Positions 1 to 13,970 of a stretch of 64,000 bases of DNA are shown here, in pieces (positions within the stretch are counted from its first letter, which is position 1; the number at the start of each line of letters is the position of its first letter). The stretch comes from Orbicella franksi (Eukaryota). The notes under the pieces are model-generated. The model was not told where the DNA came from and did no database searches. It worked only from the letters and a program-made list of their open reading frames with translations. The stretch spans positions 7,440,001 to 7,504,000 of the forward strand of contig OZ116710.1 in NCBI GenBank assembly GCA_964199315.1, read 5' to 3'. The translations under genes were made by a program, and so were the position numbers.

Positions 1-3000
1 ACAAAACCTTCTTCTCCTGTCGCCTTTCGTGCGCAAATTGTTTAGTTTTGTTTTACAAAACTAAAGAAAATAAACAATTTTTCGAATCTACACGCCATAA
101 TGCTGTGTGTTTTTCTTTTCTAGATAAAACAAATAATACCAGATAACTGTAGGACCTGTAGCAAAATCGGCTTATGTTAATGACTACAAGAGAAACGATA
201 AGCTCGCTGTTGCCATGCATGTTATGGTCGTTGTGGAACTTGTGCCAGATCCTTCGGCCAAAGTAAACTGTGATAATTGTGACTGATGAGCCAAATTAGT
301 GGCTAATTTAAAGGAAACGGTTAGTTTAGGCACTGGCCTGAAAGGCTGCCGAAAATTTAGACATACCTTCGCGCCAAAAAGAAAAAAGAAAAGTTGCAAC
401 CGGGATTGGATCGTCTCGGAAAGAAATCTAACAAGAGATTTTTACAGTGACAATTCTGTCATAATATAAACATAACGTAAATTTCCGTGAGCGATCAGTA
501 TTCCTACATAGGTTCTGCTCAGTAGAGTTCCTGTTTCATTGTTACGCTTTTTTTTACGATTAGCACAATCTAAAATGACAGGAAATCCAATTTTCACGTC
601 GTGAAGTAAGATAAAAAGGAAACAGACATGCAATAAGGTTACGTTATTGACCTGTGGAACTTCAATTAAACCTGACATTATTCTGTAGTTCACTGTGCCA
701 AAAAGATATTAGTACCGCCTGCTTTTCTTAAAAGATATACTTACGGGTGAGTGAGTATTCTTGTTTGGACTTCTTCCTCGGAAATTTTGAAACTATTAAA
801 AACAAATGAAGCGGTAAGTTAATTTTCAGTACTTTGAAAGTTTTATTCGATTTTCACCTAACACTATTTACTATAAAATGGAAAAGAGGGGAAAATAAGA
901 AGTTTTAAGCGAGTCCTGCACTAAGCCAATTAATGAGAATAATGTCAAAACGTAACATGACTTTACTTGACTCAGAGCAGATTCAGAGGCAGGTAAAGTA
1001 AATTAAAATGCAGATCAAACACCGATTGCGACAAGTATGTCTTCCGTGGACGTATGATAATTGTCCTCAAATTGTTTGTTTTGATTTATGGCCAAAACTA
1101 AGAAAGAACAATATAAAGCAAACCCCTTTGTTCAAATAATCGTCGCCCTTTGTTTTCGCGAGTGTTATTTTTTTGTTTACACTCACGCCTATTTCCGCCA
1201 GGTAAAGAAACCAGTTCAAAATCCCGAAAGCCGTCAGCCGTGTTTAAGTCGCTTTGGGGATTCGCCAAGACTTATTTCAGCTGTTTACATATCCGGCCCC
1301 TTGTAAACACTGTTCAGGACAGTAAGTAACACAAGAAGTTAATAACATGTATATATGTACTAGCCAGAGTTCGCTTATAAAGACGACAAACACCCGCAAG
1401 AATGCATAGCTTTCGCCTGGTCCTCTTTCAGATAAATCACCCAAGAAAGGTTATCGAGGAAACAATTTTCGGTAATACTGTTGTCATGTTTGGAAAACTT
1501 AAAAGCCATTTGGATTTTGGTAATAAAGCAAGTTTTCATTTATCTTTGCAGCTAGGGTTTTAAGGGTTCGTGGACAACATACGAAGAAAACATCACCCAG
1601 TTTTGGTTTTCGTCCAACGCAGGGAGAGTCAGGTTTTCAGATATAAGAGATCTTTCCTTTACAGCTAGGATCATCTCGGCATCTGCGACGTGACGTGAAT
1701 TTTTTTTCCGCGCACAAATCCAAATTATAGTTGTCTCTTTGGTTTAATCGCGCTGATTTCTTTATAGAGGGTTGTTTCTGCCCGCAGATCCTCAATTTAT
1801 AGGCAAAGTTTCCTGGTTGTAGAGACAAAATAGAGGGTCTTTGGACAAACTAGGTCGATGTAGAAACATGAGACAGTCATAAACAGTACTAACGGATACT
1901 GCAGATCATTAGGTCATTCAATGTATCTTTGCGGCTCGAGGTTTTGAAACATCTTTTTCCTCGAATAGTAAAGTTAATTAGGGGTTGCTGTCTGTGAATT
2001 TATTTTTGGTGTTGCCGAAAATAGTCCAGGAGAACATCGCCAAGTTCCTCAATGAGCCGTTTACATCAACATCCGGTCTCGAGTACTGAACACAAGAGAC
2101 GAAGACAATCACTGCTGGGCGCTTGATGGAAGTGCTAAGCACTGCTGGTTTTAGTTTACATTACCACTGAATGAATATCGTAGTAAACAAAGCTCCGTGC
2201 GGCCATATATCACAGTACTTATGAAAAACAGGAACTAGCAAAACCGTCGACCAAAAAAATAGTGGTAAATACTTCTCTAAGAAGTCAGACTGCCTCTCAC
2301 CGAAATGTTTATACCGTTTTGTACCGTTTACTGAAAAGAAATTGATTGTTATTCAGGTTAAAATTAATGAACCAAACCCTGCTTGTACAAGCTTGAATAT
2401 TTTTTCCAGGTGATCTTTTGTTTTCATGTCGAATTCGATTAATGTTTGCGAATTTTTGCAAGTCAAAACAAAAGAAAACAATGGCGAACAGACATAACTG
2501 ATTAAATTTACCACTTTGTATTTTACTAATACCTGCTGCAGCAGGATAACAATATAGAGTAATGTAATAACAATAACATGGTACAAACTAACTGTATTTC
2601 GACAACAAATAAGGCCACATACAAAATAAGCACAAAACTATAAATGCTAGTAGCGCAGGCAACAGCTTCACAGTTAAGAACACGAATGGGTTTATCAGAG
2701 AACGCGCGCGAATTTCAGTATATGAACAGCTTTCCTTATTAGTCGCACAGCCCATCAGTTTAAACTAATCCCTCATCTTACTTAGATCATTCACGTGAGT
2801 GCAAACTTTCGAGAGATTCCATAAATATTCACTACACGATCACACAAAATCCCAAGATAACATGGTCTTTACAAGGGATCAAGAGATTTCTCTCGACAAG
2901 CACTTCATCTCACTAACCTGAACTAAAACTGCTGAGCAAAGAGAAGGAAATACAAATTACTGTTGTACATAAGCTGTGAGATGCGCCGGTGTACATTGAG

Positions 3001-3714
3001 ATAAACCAGGGCGCCTAAATGGATAAACTGTGAGCAAGCCTCTGCTTGGCAAGCTGTAAGGAGGTCAGGAGGAAGCAGGAAGTGGAAAGAAAAACTCGCG
3101 CGCACTCAAGCTCTCTCGCGCGCAAATGGGACAAAATCTCCCACGCGCGCGCGCGGTAGTCGTTCTGAACTGTTCGCTGTCGAGTAGCGGCTCATTGAAG
3201 CAATCGGCAGATAAAGGGAAAGTTAGGAATGTCCTAGGTGTATTTTTTTCTGTAGCTTGCGCATACATTACTGGCATAAGTTTCGTGCTTGCTCTGTCCT
3301 CTGTTCTACGACTTCTACGGCTGTCGTAAACGATACAGTTAGACTGTACTTTATTATATGACTGTGTCTCACAAGGACTGGGAACTACCGAATTCACGCA
3401 TATGATTGGCTGAAATCGATATTGAAAGCGGTCCGGATTAAAATTTTCCCATTTAGACCGGCATCCAGACCGGTAATGTTTTGCGGTGAAAAAGTTGCAA
3501 ACTAAAATGCAAAAAAAAAGTGACTGTTTTCTTCTAACAATATTTATTTATGGAAGTGCCAAAAAGCCTAATGAGAAAAAAAGAGCAAAGCGGACGAGCA
3601 AACTTTGGCAGAATTAAATTCAGCTCATCGCCGAACGCAAGTAAAATGTCAGTTATTACAAACCAGTTACATTAAACGAATTAAGTTGTTCTTGTTTGCC
3701 ATATAATAAACATC

Positions 3715-3853
3715 TTATTAACCGAGCTCAGTCGGTCTGTATGGGAGAATCTTAACCTCGGTCGTTTGTACCGACCTCACTGCGTTCGGTCCCCTCTGTT
3801 CTTACGATCTCGGTCAAGATTCTCCCAAAAAGACCTCTTGCTCGGTTTAATAA
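3715..3853. mobile_element. Palindromic (fold-back) non-autonomous element, family unassigned
   Basis: TTATTAACCGAG...GGGAGAATCTT at the left mirrors AAGATTCTCCC...CTCGGTTTAATAA at the right. No coding capacity. Confidence 0.6.
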
Positions 3854-6167
3854 TAAAAGCTAAGTAATATTATTACTTCCGCTACAAGTCTATATTGTTT
3901 TCTCTTGGTATTTGAACCAACGGACTACAAAAGAGGTTAACTAGAGAATTTGTTTAAAACGTGGCATCACCTCATGTAAAACACGCTTGTCGTATCATCA
4001 CCTTGGAAATGCTCGTAATTCCCAGATTTTAGTATTTGGTAAATAATTCATTATTGCTCAATCATCGGCCATTGTCACTGGTGACCTTAGCAGTGGGCGG
4101 GCTTTCTCTTCTCTGAAAACAAAAGAGAGGTGTGCAAATGGGAAGAAGTCATTTTTTTTTTTCCATAACAGGTTGCTGATAGCTGTAAAAATGTTTTCGA
4201 CAGATTTCAGTAAAAGCCTAGCACCTATGGTTACCAGGCGAATAAAGGTGCTTTGATTGTCACCATACAACTGTTAGGAGTTACCATGAAAAAGACCACA
4301 CTGAATTCGCATGACCAGTTGTCAAAAAACGTGGCGATTCAATCGTAGCCTTGAAAACATTTAAAGAAGTGTTTCCAATTATTTTTTATTATTTAAACAG
4401 AGAGCGTGGAGTGCATGCTTTTACAGTTGTACGTTGCTCTCCATGCATGAGTGAGTTTCAGGTTTTTTTTTTAGAGAACTCAAAATGTTCAATATAAGCC
4501 AGAGATTCTACTGCCATCCTTAATCGCAGTTTCGCGAAGAATTGATTTGAAGATGGCGGCAGTGCATTTTTGTTTCACTCCGCCGCGTGCGACGAGCAAG
4601 TTGCTACTCAAGTCTTTATTTTACAGGTCATCAAATGTTTACTTTCTGCTCAGGGAAAAAACTTTGAAGAGGCTACGTCATGGTTTGCGCGCCTTAAAAA
4701 GTTTAGAAAAGATGCATCAATTTTGCCGTCAGTTTCCCTTTAATTATACTTGCTCCTTTATGAATTTTTAATATCTCTTTGATGTTTTTCTATTTTAGTA
4801 ATCTACTATTTTCAGGTTTTCTTCAATTTAAAGGTAATTTTGTACGTAGCCACTGAAATGACTTCAAACGTTTTATAATAGCCAGCATTTTTATATGACG
4901 GGAAAAATATTATTATCTTCGATCATTATCAGTTGCATCATCAGGAAACCAGTCTAGTTGACTGATCACAATGCAATCTTGTTCTCAGAGGCGGCGCTTC
5001 GGTTATCACCAAGAAAATAAGATCTTGAAAGCGAGTTAGCGTTAGTCACAATGGTTACGCTCTGTAAGTATGTTCGGAGACGTACCGTTATTGAACTTGA
5101 ACGCATGCGCTTAATGAAACCGGAACCAAGATTTTCAGGTCAGTCCTCGTCCAGAGCGTCGAGCTGCGGGTCGCTTATTTCCTTAGAAAGTTACACATGC
5201 TAGAAAACATACAATTTTTTTTCTTTTTTGGGGCGTATAAAGTTTTAACAATTTCCAATGCATTGACAGGGTGATTTCTATTCGCTCCAATTTACTCCTA
5301 TCTAAATCGACTAGCGTCCGAACGGTGAACTAAAAACTTCGAATTAACCTTAAACCGCAGTTAGACATTTGCGGTAAACGTGGATTTTAAGGTCTCTATT
5401 ATTATCATGAAACCGCCCGGAGTCATATAAAAACAATTTGTTGCTATTAGCAGCACTGGGTACCTTTCGAGAAAACATAAACCCATTCTCTTCGTAGGCG
5501 GATCAAGCACAAACGTACGTATTACGCTCCTTAAATCGTCTAAGAAACGAATTTAGGAGTTTTCTAGACGACTAATGCGTTTCAGACGGATAATCCGCCT
5601 TAACCTACCTTGATCTTGTCTCCAGTCGGATCAGACAACTGTTAAAATAATTTCCTAGTATATATTTGGCTGCTGGTGTAAAAACTCGTCGATAGTATTT
5701 TGGCTGAACTGAGGTAGTAAGCTTAGAACTTACTGCAGTCTGCAACTGCAGTAGATTGTGCAGAAGTATAGAACGCGCTCGAGTTATAAAAAGACTTCAT
5801 AGTACAGATGCTGTAACCCCAATGGCGTGCCGTGTACTAGACAGTCCCTGTATGATAGCTTATGATAAACAAGATGGCCAACACTGCGAAACAAAAGTGG
5901 CAACACTGGGGTAAAACATAACGTGGACCGCCGTAACAAAGTAGAAGAATAACAGGTTCCTTTTATTGTAGAGGATCTAATCAGCTAAAATGAACTAGGA
6001 AAAAACGAACGGATTATGTTTTTAAATGGTATGGAGAGAGTGTAGAATGCTGAAGCGTGAGAGCGGAGTTCAAGGACAGAGTGAAATCAAGACTGCGAGG
6101 CGCTGTCGTAATGTTTTCTTTTTTCAGAGACTAGAATTCGTGGCTAGTTACTGTAACTGTAGCCTGA

Positions 6168-6251
6168 AATGTCAGACATGTCTCGCTGTCAGCCTAATCC
6201 TCAGGCGAGAGGCTAATAAGGCTGAGAGCGGGAGACGACGGACATTTCAGG
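6168..6251. mobile_element. ~85-bp mini-MITE with TIR (TAG)CCTGAAATGT...ACATTTCAGG; further copies at ~6544, ~8598 (inverted), ~9295, ~9631 and ~11771 (inverted)
   Basis: The element is self-complementary at its ends (CCTGAAATGTC/GACATTTCAGG). The copy at 8598-8690 is the reverse complement of 6160-6250. No clear TSD. Confidence 0.55.
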
Positions 6252-9200
6252 AGTAAGAGAATGGGTTTCCATGCAAAATTGCCAAGGACAAGAGAGGAAG
6301 TCAGAATTAAGTTTTACATGGAACGCGCAGTCTCGTTTTTTTTTTTTTTTTTTTTTTTTCAGCGGGGCCAAAATCGATCCGTCTTTATACCTTAGGTCTC
6401 TCTACCAATCCCGAAACAACACGTGCACGTATGTCACAATGTTGTTAGCTCCATACGTCATCGAAAAGACATCCAAGCATCGCTTAGTTGTCCTTTCGGA
6501 TTACATGCCATCTTATTCTAAACATAGTGAGCGTCAGTTATAGTAGCCTGAAATGTGAGTCATCACTTGGCCCTAGTCTTATTCCCGGGATTAGGCCGAA
6601 GGCGGAGATGACAGACATTTCCATCTATCCATACCGTACCCTTTGCCTCATATGCCATATATCCCATGTTAGTTTTTCTCGCGCACAAACCAAACCGAGG
6701 AAGCTTAGATGTCAATGAGCTAGAAGTTTCGAATTGGATATTGGTCCAGACTATTACTATTCTCCAATATGGACTGAGCACATTTTTAAGTAGATTAACA
6801 ATACGTCTGGTAGTCTGAAACGGTCTTTAACATGTTAGGTGGTCTTTTAAAAATTGACTAAATGACCAGCTGTCTGAAATTTTCACAGATTTTGGATTGT
6901 AAGTCCTATTCAACCCTCTTGAGAGCATTCTATAACGGTTTGTTAAGAAATCCCAAGCGATTCCAAATTCCAAAACTCATTTTGCATTTTAAGTAGGCGA
7001 ATTTCCCTAACTTGAGCATTCTGTTTAAAGGTCACGTTCTCGGCACTTTATGGTCAGACTCACATGCAGTCAGAAAAGGAATTATAAATAACAGCATTTC
7101 GACGAAAAAAGTATTCAAACCGGCTTCACCCCTCACCCGGGCCCATTACACGCATTAGAGAGAAAAATTTCAGTTTTTAGGGCACTTTCTCGTATTCTTT
7201 GCGCATGAAGGGAAGATCTGAAGTTTCTTTAACTAGAAAGCAGTTTTACTTTGTTCTTATTTTTCATAAAACAAATTCAGAGACAATCCACGAGCGGTCC
7301 TTCAGTCTTAAGAGTTCGTAAATGCAAATTCGGACCGCTCGGGGTATCAGTTTGCCCTGCAATCTGAAGTCCAACCTTCTTAACTCTTTCATACAAGCGC
7401 GTGAGGAAACTATTATCATTGAGTGGTTTTGCAGCCCAAAAGCTTTCCCACTATTGAACTTTGCTCAACCGGAATTGGAGAACGAATCGAATGCTCGTGG
7501 AAATCACATGGTACATGAGAAGAAGTTTAATCTCAACCGGCCACACGGGAAGTACAACCAGTCCGCACAGTGCTAATTGCTCTACGAAGTTAATTGACTA
7601 ATTGAATATCGGCGGTAACTGATAGATACTTTTTAATGCGTCCAACCGCTAGCTTCGGGTTGGTTAAATATAGACGAAGAAATCTGATTTACCGCCCTCG
7701 TGCACATCCTGTCTGAATCTTGCTAGTTCGGTCTGTTGCGATAAATGAAAGCCTGTATGTGTGACAGGTTTCTTAGCCCATCTGTCCTGATTGTGAGCAT
7801 TTGAAATAGTTTACTAACTAGCTAGCTCGCCATTTATCAGCCTATATGAGCATTATATCATTGCCTAGAATTACTAGACAACATTGACTTTTGTTTTCCC
7901 TTTTAACTTTTAACCGTAACTTTCTTATAAAAGGAATAGGCTGGACACGGTCTGAAATGAAGCATGGGTAAATATTACAACGCATTTCAGTTTGGGCGAG
8001 CTCTCGAGCTCTCGTGTTGTTCGGATCAGTAGAGGCGACTGAACTCATTGAAATGGCGCAAGCTGTTTTTGTTCCTTCTGAGGAAAATTGCCGCAGGGCC
8101 GCAGCAGTGAGAGGAAACAGGCCCGGCCATGCGAAAACTATGTTTCTGGCAGTGGTAGTAAAGGGAATCAATGGAGATCAATTACCTAAAATAACTCCTG
8201 GTTATCACAACACTAGACTGTTCACAGCCCTCTATTTTCTCGTATTTCTATTCGATCGTTGAAAGCGTGGATAGAATCGCGAGAGCACTGGACGCCAGCG
8301 CAAAACGGGAGACTTGCCCAGTCTCTAAAGGTAAAGCCCTGGGAGCGAGGTTGGATACTTGACAGGGTACGGGGTGGGATTTAGAATCCTTGATCATTGT
8401 AGCGAAACAGCAGCGAAATGTCGAAAGAGCTCGCCTCCGCTTCCCCCCCCCCCCGCACCCACGCCCCGCCTTATCCCCGGGTGCTTCGCGCTCGCTCCGC
8501 TCGCTCTTTCTTTCGCGTGCGTTGAAAACGACTGCACGTTCCGACATTCCTCTCTTGGCCTTGCCAATTTTTACATGGAAGGCCATATCCTTAGACAAAA
8601 ATGTCCGTCATATCCCGCCCTAAACCTTATTAGCCGTCCGCCTAAGGATTAGGCTGAGAGCGGGAGATGACTAACATTCCAGGCTATTCATCTATGGAGG
8701 GTTTCAATTTCGAATTAAATTGTAAATAGTTTTAACTTTCTGTATATTTTCATATGAAAATAGTGTCCCCAATTAGTTTTTTTTTAAGCTTAATATACCA
8801 CTGACACTGAAATAAAAGTCTTTCATTCATTCTATCCGTACCGTACCCTTTGCCTTATGTCATATATCCCATGTTAGATTTTCTCGCTCGCCAACCAAAC
8901 CGAGAAAGCTTAGACGTTAACGAGCTAGGAGGTCAGTGTTGGTTATTGGTCCAGACCAATGTACTAAGCCGTGCACTAGACAGTCCCTGGATGATAAAAA
9001 AGATGGCCAACTGCGAAGCAAAATTTGCAACACCAGGGCAACACTCGTGAATTTGCATGGACCACCGTAACAAAATGGAAGAAAAACAGGATCCATTTAA
9101 TGTAGAGGATCTTATCAGCTAAAATGAACTAGGAAAAAAACGAACGGATTATTTTTTAAAAGGGTGTGGAGAGAGTTTAGAATGCTGAAGCGTGTGAGTG

Positions 9201-9833
9201 GAGTTCAAGGACAGAGTGAAATCAAGACTGCGAGGCGCTGTCGTAATGTTTTCTTTTTTCAGAGACTAGAATTCGTGGCTAGTTACTATAACTGTAGCCT
9301 GAAATGTCAGACATGTCTCGCTGTCAGCCTAATCCTCAGGCGAGAGGCTAATAAGGCTGAGGGCGGGAGACGAAGGACATTTCAAGGACAAGAGAGGATT
9401 TCGAAAGTTCTAAATGGAACGCGCAGTCTCGTTTTTTTTTTCAGCGAGGCCAAAATCGATCCGTCTTTATACCTTAGGTCTCTACCAATCCTAAAACAAC
9501 ACGTGCACGTATGTTATTGTCACAATATTGTTAGCCCCATATTTCATCTAAAAGGTACCGAAACTTCACTTATGGTTGTCATTTCGGATTACATGCTATC
9601 TTATTCTAAACCCACTGAGCTTCAGTTATAGTAGCCTGAAATGTGACACATCACTCGGCGCCAGTCTTATGCCCGGGATTAGGCCGAGGGCGGGAGATGA
9701 CAGGCATTTCAAGCTATGCATACCCTTTGACTCATATGCCCTACATCTTGCATGTTAGTGTTTTCCGCGCACCAACCAAACCGAGAGAGCTTAGATGTAC
9801 AATGACCTAGGAGTTCCGAATTGGATATTGGTC

Positions 9834-9941
9834 TAGCCTCCCACGCAGACGCTCTTAGGGCTTGTCACGCGTTCCCTCCTCACGAACGTTCGTGATGGAG
9901 GAACGCGCGACAAGCCCTGAGAGCGTCTGCGTGGGAAGGTA
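9834..9941. mobile_element. 108-bp hairpin MITE present only in repeat copy 2
   Basis: TAGCCTCCCACGCAGACGCTCTTAGGGCTTGTCACGCGTTCC pairs with GGAACGCGCGACAAGCCCTGAGAGCGTCTGCGTGGGAAGGTA. It is absent at the homologous site in copy 1 (~6745). Confidence 0.8.
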
Positions 9942-12900
9942 ACTGATAACATTCTCCAATATGGACTGATCCTGAGCACATTTTTAAATACAGCAACTAT
10001 ATATACCTCTGGCAGTCTGCAACGGTTTCTTAAGACGGTATTTTAAAAATTGACTTAATGACCAACTGTCCGAAATGTTTTGCAGATTTTGGATTGTAAG
10101 TCTTATTCAAACCTCTTGAGAGATTTCTATGACGGTTTGCTAGGAAATGCCAAGCGATTTCAAAAATCATTTTGCTTTTCAAGTAGGCGAAGCTTGAGCA
10201 TTCGAATTCTGGTAAAAGGTCACGTTCTCGGCAATTTATGGTCAGACCCACATGCAGTCAGAAAAAGAATCATCAATAACAGCATTTCGACGAAAAACGT
10301 ATTCAAACCGGCTTCACCCTTCACCCGGACCCATCACAGGCATTAGAGGGAGTTTTTAGGGCACTTTCTCGTATCCAATGCATATGAAGGGAAGATCTGA
10401 AGATTCTTTTACTAGAAAACAGTTTTTTCTTTTTCTTATTTTTCATAAAACAAATTCATAAAATTTAAGAAATTTTCATAACACAAATTCGGAAACAATT
10501 CACGAGCGGTCCTTCTTAGCAGTTCGTAAAAGCAAAATTCGTACCGCTCAGGATATCGGTTTGCCCTAAAATCTGAAGTCGAACCTTCTTAACTCTTTCA
10601 TACAATCAAGTAAGTGAGGAAACTATTGTTATTCAGTGGTTTTGCAGCCCAAAGCTTTCCGCTATTGAACTTTGCTCAACCGGAATTGCAGAACGAATCG
10701 AATGCTCGTGGAAATCACTTGGTACATGAGCAGGAGTTTAATCTCTCCCGGCCACATGGGAAGTGTAACCAGCTAATTGCTCTACGAAGTTTTGAATATC
10801 GGCGGTAACTGATAGGTACTTCTCAGTTTAAAATGCGTCTATCCGCTAGCTTCAGGCTAAGTTAGACAGACGAAGAAATCTGATTTACCGCCCTCGTACA
10901 CATCCTGTCTGAATCTTGCTATTTCGGTCTGTTGCGATAAATGAAAGCCTGTATGTGTGACAGGTTTAGCCGATCTGTCCAGATTGAGCATTTGAAATAG
11001 TTTACTAATTAACTAGTGAGCCATTTATCAGCCTATAGCTATAGGAGCACTATATAATTGCCTAGAATTACTAGACAACGTTGACTTTTGTTTTTCCTTT
11101 TAACGTTTTTAAACTTTTAACTTTCTTATAAACAGAATAGGTTGGACACGGTCTGAAATGAAGCATGGGTAAATATTACAACGCGTTTCAGTCTGCGTGC
11201 GCTTTCGAGCTCTCGTGTTGTTGAGATCAGTGTAGAAGCGACTGAACTCATTGAAATAGTGCAAGCTATTTTTTGTTTCCTTTTGAGGAACATTGCCGCA
11301 GGGCCACAGCAGTGAGAGGAAACAAGCCCAGCAATGCGAAAACGATATTTTTGGCGGTGGTAGAAAAGGGAATCAGTGGAGATCAATTACCTTAAATAAC
11401 TCCTGGTCACGTCACAGCACTAGATTGTTCACAACCCTCTATTTTCTTGTATTTCTATTCGATCGTTGAACGTGTGGATAGAATTACGAGGGAACTGGAC
11501 GCCAGCGCAAAACAGGAGACTTGCCCAATCTCTAAAGGTAAAGTCCTGGGAGCGAGGTTGGATACTTGACAGTGTACGGGGTGGGATTTAGAATCCTTGA
11601 TCATTGCAGCGAAACAGCAGCGAAATGTCGAAGTAGCTCCCCTCTCATCCCATCCCCGCGTGCTTTGCGCTCGCTTCGCTCGCTCTTTCTTTCGCGAGCG
11701 TTGAAAAAGACTACGCGTTCCGACTTTCCTCTCTTGTCCTTGACAATTTTTACATGGAAGTCCATATCCTTAGCCTGAATTCGAAATGTCCGTCATATCC
11801 CGTCCTAAGCCTTCAGTATTAGCCTCCCGCCTAAGGATTAGGCTAAGAGCGGGAGATGACTAACATTTCAGGCTATTCATCTATTAAGGGTTTTTGTTTC
11901 GAATTAAATTGTAAATAATTCGAGCTTTCTGCATATTTTCATATGTAAATAGTGTTCACAATTAGTTTTTTTAAGCTTAATATCATTGACACTGAAATAA
12001 AGTCTTTCATTCATTCTATCCATACCGTACCCTTTGCCCTATGTCATATTTCCCACGTTAGATTTTCTCGCTCGCCAACCAAACTGAGAGAGCTTAGACG
12101 TTAATGAGCTGGGAGGTCCGTAATCGGGTTATTGGTAGAGACCATCAATGCTGTCGACTGGAATTTTCCGAGAGTTTTGGATTGTAAGTCATTCAATTGC
12201 AAACCTCTAGCTTGAGAGTATTCTATGTTTATTACTAGGACATGCCAATTAAGCGATTCCAAAAATCATTTTGCTTTTCAAGAAGGCGAATTTTCCAAGC
12301 TTGAGCATTCTGTTAAAAGGCCATGTTCTCGGCAATTTATGGCTAGACTCACAGTCAGAAAAAGAACTATTAAGACAATTAAAAACAGAATTTAGAAAAA
12401 AAAAGTTATTCAAACCGGCTTAAGTGCCTTCAAACGCATAAGCAAGAAAAATGTCTGATTTTTAGCCTCTTTCTGGTACTCGTTTCACATGAAGAGAAGA
12501 TTCGAAGATTCTTTTACTAGAAAACACTTTTCTTTTGTTTTTATTTTTCATGATACAAATTTTGAAAAAATTCTCGAGCGGTCCTTCCAAATAGTTCGCA
12601 AATGCCAAATGCGGACCACTCAGGGAATTTAATAGTTTGCCATATAATTTGAAGTCGAACCTTCCTAATTCTTCCATACAAGTGAGGAAACGTTTTAAAA
12701 TCATTTAGTGGTTTTGCAGGCCAAAGGCTTTCCCGCTATTGAACTTTGCTGAACCGGAATTGGAGAACGAATCGAATGCTCGTGGAAATCACATGATACA
12801 TGCGCAAGAGTTTAATCTCTACCGGCCACTCGTGAAGTAACTTGCTCTGCGGTCACACGTGCTAATTTGCTCTATGAAGTTAATTGACTAATTGAATCTC

Positions 12901-13184
12901 GGCGGTAATTGATAGTTATAATGCATTTAACCGCTAGCTTACTAGTAGGCTAAATAGAAGAAGAAATCTGATTTATCGCCCACGTACACATCCTGTCCAA
13001 ATCTTGCTATTTAATTATTTTGGTCTGTTGGGAATTAAAAAAAAAACCCTGCACGCGTAACAGGTTCAACTGAATTGTCCGAATGGTGAGAAGTTAAAAT
13101 ATTTTACTTACTAGCTAGCTCGTGGTATGTAATTGCCTTGGATTACTAGACAACATTGACTTTTGTTTACAATTTTTCAATTCA

Positions 13185-13510
13185 TATAACTTCAGAGTTA
13201 ATTATATGAATTTCAGATCAGAACTTTGCGGCAGGTCCTTAACAGATAACGGAGAAATTCACCTGCCTAAGGTAAAATCTGCTATGGGCCAGTCTACATT
13301 TAAATTTGCAGCAGGAAAAGAATGGAACAATTAACCCGAAGAATTGGAGACTAAAGACTTCAATTTAAGAACTTTTAAGTCAAAAAGATTCCAATATGAT
13401 ACAACATAAATGTAGCATTTAGTAAATAGTTGTTATTGTTGTATTTAAATCTTCCCTTTTAGTTTTTAATATATAACGAATATTAAACTTGATCGAGGTC
13501 CTTAAAGAGT
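13185..13510 (+). mobile_element. 3' fragment of an L2/CR1-group LINE
   Basis: Translation IHLPKVKSAMGQSTFKFAAGKEWNN*PEEL...NLRTFK matches the typical L2/CR1 ORF2 C-terminal pattern (HLP...G..TF...WN.LP...FK). An AT-rich 3'UTR-like tail follows. Confidence 0.65.
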
Positions 13511-13655
13511 TCCAATCCTAAATATTTATTTTGTTTACGGTATTTATTTATGGTGCATTTCTCCTTTGCGCGCGACCTCCTCCGATTTTCCTCTGTTTGG
13601 ACTCATTGAAGAACGCCGTCTGATTATTGACTTCCTTAGGAGCCCAGGAAGCTTA

Positions 13656-13970
13656 GGGCCAGTCGTCCACATCACACCAGAAGAATTTAAAAACGCAACA
13701 ATCACCGGTCGTTTTATACTTTTGTTTGAGGAAATCTCGGCCAGAGAAATCACGTGGTTCTCCTCATCCTATCCTGTTCGAAAAGGTCCGTTTTAAATTG
13801 TTGTCGGTCCACACGAAAACTCAATGCCGGCGCTTTCAAATTCCTCCGGTTTGGAGAGCGGTTACCAAAAGCTCCGTTTTCGTGACTGATTGCTCCGGAT
13901 CGTAGGCCTAACCGTAGAAATAAAGCTGTATGCGTTTTTAAATTCCTCCGGCGTACTGTGAACGGAGTCT
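13656..13970. mobile_element. PIF/Harbinger-like MITE
   Basis: TTA|GGGCCAGTCGTCCACATCACACCAGAAGAATTTAAAAACGCA mirrors TGCGTTTTTAAATTCCTCCGGCGTACTGTGAACGGAGTC. It has a GG-start TIR and a TTA left flank; the right TSD is degenerate. Confidence 0.6.

Larger units (their letters stand above)
5830..13170 (+). repeat. Direct tandem repeat of a ~3.1-kb non-coding unit: two full copies (~5830-8960, ~8968-12140) and one partial (~12170-13170)
   Basis: CCGTG(T/C)ACTAGACAGTCCCTG at ~5830 and ~8968. ORFs 6026-6256 and 9164-9631 share near-identical translation. The block GATTTTGGATTGTAAGTC...GCTAGCTCG occurs three times (~6890-7830, ~10085-11020, ~12175-13120). Confidence 0.9.

Noticed and set aside
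283-335. CTGATGA...GAAAC as a hammerhead ribozyme
   Set aside because: Stem II does not close next to GAAA, and no matching stem I or cleavage triplet could be formed.
184-693. Possible GPCR-like or other coding fragments at the window start
   Set aside because: There is only a weak GN-containing hydrophobic stretch, with no further GPCR motifs and no consistent splice model.
4550-4560. YY1-like AAGATGGCGGC motif and CGCG-rich tracts (~3100) as a promoter
   Set aside because: No associated gene or transcription start is evident, and such short motifs are common in repeats.
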